From positions 1 through 38,417 of the forward strand of contig MHNE01000015.1 of assembly GCA_001819605.1 (NCBI GenBank): a stretch of DNA of 38,417 nucleotides. Reading direction: 5' to 3'. The stretch is from Candidatus Portnoybacteria bacterium RIFCSPLOWO2_01_FULL_43_11. GTDB lineage: Bacteria > Patescibacteriota > Minisyncoccia > Portnoybacterales > UBA2143. The notes under the pieces were generated by a model. That model saw nothing but the letters and a program-made list of their open reading frames with translations. It did no database searches and had not been told where the DNA came from. Below, one piece after another: positions 35,091 to 38,417 of the stretch. Position numbers and translations under genes: made by a program. Position 1 is the stretch's first letter; the number at the start of each line of letters is the position of its first letter.

Positions 35091-37496
35091 CTACAAAGCG
35101 GGCCGACTAAGTTCGTTAATCTTTGCCTCAACTTCCGCGTTGCCCGGCGCAAGCTGATTAACAATCTGAAACTGAATTAAAGCTTCCTGATTTCTTCCTT
35201 TCATTTGATAAGACGCTCCTAATCCGTATCGGGCGTTAGCGTGCTGGGGCGTTACAATAACTGATTGTTCAAACAATTCAATGGCCCTGTCAAAATTCTT
35301 CAAGTTAAAATGCATCCGACCCATCTGAAAATAAATTTCCGTGGCCGCTCCGGCTAAGGCGGATCCCCTTTTAAAACTAATGCCCTTTAAACGATCCAAA
35401 GCTCCTTCCAACCGCTTAGCCGCTTCTTCCAAATTGCCTTTTCTTTCATAAACCATGGCTAATTGAATATGAGCGTCCAGGTAATTTGGTTTTAAGTCAA
35501 CCGCTCTCTGGCATTGATTTAAAATCTCGTTACTGATTTCCTGTTCCGTCATCAGATTAAGCCGACAGAGTTCTCTGTAGAAAAACGGGTTAGTTGGTTC
35601 CAGTTCTAAAGCCCGCTTAAATGAATCAACGGCAAAGGGCGAAATCCCGCTGACTAAATTACTTAAATCACGATAGATACCGCCTAAGTTCTCCCAGGTC
35701 ATAACTAATTTTGGACTTATTTCCGTCGCTTGTCTGGCTTGGTCAATGGCGCCGGCCGCGTAATTTTGTAAAAGCTGAATATCCCGCCCATCTTCCGGCT
35801 TTTGAACCTCTCTCCAGGCCATAACCAAATAAACTTGGGATAAGCTAAAACGATAATTAACCCGATATTTATTAAGATTAACCGCTTTTTCAAAATTAGG
35901 GAGCTTATTGTCTATATCGCTTTGATTCAAGCCCTTAAGATAATAAACGTCAGCCGCGTAAAATCTGGCGCTTAAATAAAATAATCCCAAAACAGCAAAA
36001 ACAAGAACAAGAAATATGGTGCCTAAAACTAAACCAAATTCCGGCCATTTTTTAAACGAGAAACTTATCTTTGAACGAGGAATACCAAGATTATCTCGCC
36101 AAGCCACGATACCCAAACCGGTAAACAGCCAAAAAGAAAATGATAAAACAGTATTTTCCAAGTAAATAAATTGGGCGATAAAAAAAGAAAGCCAGGGGAA
36201 AAAAATTGGTAAAATAACTGCTCCCGCCGTCATCCTGAGCGAAGCGAAAGATTCCGTATTAGAGCCATTTTCTTCGGAATTCTCCGGTAAAACTCCAGAA
36301 TGACGTTGTTTCCTTAAAAACATACCCATCACAAATAAAAACATTACGACAACTGCCAAATAACTTAAAATTCCCAATATGCCAATGGCGCTGACCAGTT
36401 CCATTAAATAACTTTGTCCTTTGTCAAACCTGATATTCCAAAATCTGTTATCGTTAAATTCCTCCTGTTTGAATTTAGAAAAGCCGTATAAGAAAGTGTC
36501 CGGCCCGGAGCCCAAAACCGGATAATTTTTAACAACCTCTTCCGTAATAAAGCCGGCGGTCTTGTAATCCAAAATAACTTCTTGAGGCAAGGGGTTATTT
36601 GTAAAAATAGAAGTCCCTTGTTTTGCTTTTAATACAACTCCGAAAAATCCGGCGGCTGAAATAACAATCAGAACAATCGGCAAAAGCAGAACATTAACTC
36701 GCTCCCTAAACAGCCGCGTCCAAAATGACGCGAGCAAAAGAATCAGCATCGTTATTCCCAAAACAACCCAAGCGGCCCGGAAATCAATCAGGAGTAATAA
36801 AATTATAGCGGCCAATAGAATTAAGTAATGAGTAATAAGTAACGGATAATGAGTAATTGATTCTTTATTCTTAATTCCGATTAAGACTCTTCCTACAACC
36901 AATCCAATCACAGCCGCTAAAAAAATCGCCAATCCCTCCAAACTTCCGGTCATCGGATTAAATGTTTTTAAACTCATTAAGCCCGGCAATCGCTCCCCTA
37001 ACCAGGGAATTTTCGTCCAAATTCCCAAAATAGAAAAATAAGCCGCGATAATAACCAAAAAACTTGAAGCTAAAAACCAATTCAATAAAGAATAAACATT
37101 ACTCTTTATTCTCCGTTCTTTATTCAGTGACGCATTATTAACCACCACAAAATACATTAAGAGTATTGTTAAAAATCCGGCCGTTGCGCCGCTAAACCGG
37201 CCGTAAAACCCCAGCCAGGAAGAAATGCCGTCTACGGAAAAAACAGCGCTTAAAATTATCACGAGCATTAAAACTAAAATTGGAATATCCAAAGCCGTCC
37301 TCTGCCAAACTATTTTTTTCCGGACAATAACCATTTTAAAAAGCCAGACTAAAAAAACAAGTCCGACTAAGAAAAATAATAAATACTGCTTATTAAACTC
37401 ATAGGCCTCTAAAGTAAAAGGCAGCCAAAATAACGGCGCTAAAAAAACAAGCAGACAAATAGATGTTCTGATAATAAAATTGCTTAATTTTAACAT
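35091..37496 (-). CDS. Polytopic membrane protein, O-antigen ligase (Wzy_C)-like core with C-terminal TPR repeats
   Basis: About 12 TM segments, PVLGSGPDTF loop motif, TPR-type repeats (FKRALELEPTN, AVDLKPNYLDAHIQLA, NARYGLGASY). Confidence 0.8.
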   Translation of the reverse strand: MLKLSNFIIRTSICLLVFLAPLFWLPFTLEAYEFNKQYLLFFLVGLVFLVWLFKMVIVRKKIVWQRTALDIPILVLMLVIILSAVFSVDGISSWLGFYGRFSGATAGFLTILLMYFVVVNNASLNKERRIKSNVYSLLNWFLASSFLVIIAAYFSILGIWTKIPWLGERLPGLMSLKTFNPMTGSLEGLAIFLAAVIGLVVGRVLIGIKNKESITHYPLLITHYLILLAAIILLLLIDFRAAWVVLGITMLILLLASFWTRLFRERVNVLLLPIVLIVISAAGFFGVVLKAKQGTSIFTNNPLPQEVILDYKTAGFITEEVVKNYPVLGSGPDTFLYGFSKFKQEEFNDNRFWNIRFDKGQSYLMELVSAIGILGILSYLAVVVMFLFVMGMFLRKQRHSGVLPENSEENGSNTESFASLRMTAGAVILPIFFPWLSFFIAQFIYLENTVLSFSFWLFTGLGIVAWRDNLGIPRSKISFSFKKWPEFGLVLGTIFLVLVFAVLGLFYLSARFYAADVYYLKGLNQSDIDNKLPNFEKAVNLNKYRVNYRFSLSQVYLVMAWREVQKPEDGRDIQLLQNYAAGAIDQARQATEISPKLVMTWENLGGIYRDLSNLVSGISPFAVDSFKRALELEPTNPFFYRELCRLNLMTEQEISNEILNQCQRAVDLKPNYLDAHIQLAMVYERKGNLEEAAKRLEGALDRLKGISFKRGSALAGAATEIYFQMGRMHFNLKNFDRAIELFEQSVIVTPQHANARYGLGASYQMKGRNQEALIQFQIVNQLAPGNAEVEAKINELSRPAL
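36228..36305. repeat. CGTC-tagged REP-like element (78 nt = 26 codons) in frame inside the TPR gene
   Basis: CGTCATCCTGA-GC-GAA-GC-GAAAGATTCCG ... CCAGAATGACG; encodes RHSGVLPENSEENGSNTESFASLRMT. Same termini as the rpoB element. Confidence 0.88.
36824..36879. repeat. Period-7 tract inside the TPR gene
   Basis: AGTAATG AGTAATA AGTAACG GATAATG AGTAATT GATTCTT TATTCTT AATTCCG; encodes GIKNKESITHYPLLITHY. Confidence 0.75.
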
Positions 37497-37549
37497 AAAT
37501 TTTTCCTTTCTTTTTTAAATTAATTCGTGTTTGAATTTTTGACCCCAAT

Positions 37550-37578
37550 ATTTTAACATTTTTAAAAATTAAATACAA
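37550..37578 (-). promoter_or_regulatory. Sigma70 promoter candidate for the TPR gene
   Basis: TTGTAT-17 nt(TGn)-TAAAAT on the minus strand. Confidence 0.5.
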
Positions 37579-37589
37579 CTAAAAAAATT

Positions 37590-38417
37590 CTAAGCTTGCG
37601 GTTCTGGTTCAGGCTCGGGTTCCGGAACAACTTCCTCTACAACTGGTTCAAAAACCGGCTCTTCCTCTGAAATCTCCGGAGCGGGTTCTTGCTCCTGACT
37701 AGGAACTTCTTCAATAGGAGTTTCCTGGATAGGAACTTCCTGACTCTGATAGCTTCCTTCAGCGCTCGTCTCGGCCGAAGCTGGACAAGCTCCTTGCGTT
37801 TTATTCCATTCTCCATTTGCGATGCTCACGCAGTAAATCTCTCCGGTCGCGCTGTCTTTCATTTCCAATTGCTCAAGAACCGCTTTTTTAGCCGTGATTT
37901 TATCAGCGATAAATTCTTTGGCGGAAACAATGCCATCCCAAAAAGAAACGCCGATATTTTCAAACCAAGCTAAAATTAAGCTGAACAAACCATTGTTATC
38001 AGTGTTATTTAAAGAATCATTAAAGGATTCGCTTGAAGTTGAAATTGGAGAAATTAACGCTTCTAAATCTTCAATTCTTAAAGTCAAATCATCAACCCTT
38101 TCCCCTTGAACTTTCACTCCGCTCTCACCCAAATTCACAAACATTAAAATCTTTCCGGTTCCGTCTTCTGAAACTTTAGTCTCGTCAAAATCTTCCAAAG
38201 CAATGCCAAGAGTCGTTGATGAACTAGTGGCTTTCATACCAATACCCGGAATAGAACTAACGGCGATTCTATCGCCCAACTTAATCTCTCCGCCTTCTAA
38301 ATTAACTCTAACCGGCACTCTTCCTGAAAGAGCGACAAATACGGGTCTGCCTAAGTTAATTGGCTCTGCTTCGCCTATGGCAAATCCCGGTTTCTCCGAG
38401 ACTACTCCCAGTATCGC
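37590..38417 (-). CDS. Partial CDS: C-terminus of a probably large surface/fibre protein with a peptidase-G2/chaperone-like domain and Pro/Glu-rich tail
   Basis: Frame is open to the window edge (AILGVVSEKPG...VALSGRVPVRV...IKLGDRIAVSSIPGIGMKA); ends EPEPEPEPQA. Confidence 0.65.
   Translation of the reverse strand, partial: AILGVVSEKPGFAIGEAEPINLGRPVFVALSGRVPVRVNLEGGEIKLGDRIAVSSIPGIGMKATSSSTTLGIALEDFDETKVSEDGTGKILMFVNLGESGVKVQGERVDDLTLRIEDLEALISPISTSSESFNDSLNNTDNNGLFSLILAWFENIGVSFWDGIVSAKEFIADKITAKKAVLEQLEMKDSATGEIYCVSIANGEWNKTQGACPASAETSAEGSYQSQEVPIQETPIEEVPSQEQEPAPEISEEEPVFEPVVEEVVPEPEPEPEPQA

Noticed and set aside
37755-37790. GC-rich patch encoding PASAETSAEG, possibly a repeat remnant
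   Set aside because: No clear inverted repeat and no second copy in the window.

Overview
A 38.4-kb AT-rich, gene-dense bacterial housekeeping region using the standard genetic code (TGA acts as stop). Gene content and style suggest Patescibacteria/CPR, probably Parcubacteria; this is an inference. Recognisable genes: rpmA, pyrG, rplI, acylphosphatase, two GT-C (PMT/ArnT-type) glycosyltransferases, ftsQ, serS, lysS, greA, mrdA-mreD-mreC, murC, a WecB/TagA glycosyltransferase, thpR, def-fmt, ychF, rpsF-ssb-rpsR, recA, ftsK and rpoB-rpoC. There is also a TPR membrane protein and the 3' end of a large surface protein. I found no rRNA, tRNA, CRISPR array or transposase. The unusual content lies within and between the genes. 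(1) Palindromic elements of 64-270 bp occur between genes, in frame inside rpoB, def and the TPR gene, and across the 3' end of fmt. Five of them differ largely in sequence but share one fold: tandem G.A pairs plus C(GAA)G-type loops. (2) Period-7 repeat tracts are written into serS, lysS, fmt, rpoC (twice), the TPR gene and an intergenic gap. (3) Promoter geometry implies leaderless mRNAs, including an rpmA promoter that is the antisense of a neighbouring gene's N-terminus. (4) An orphan gene is bracketed by a 45-nt structured direct repeat. (5) An uncalled 53-aa membrane protein lies upstream of mreC.
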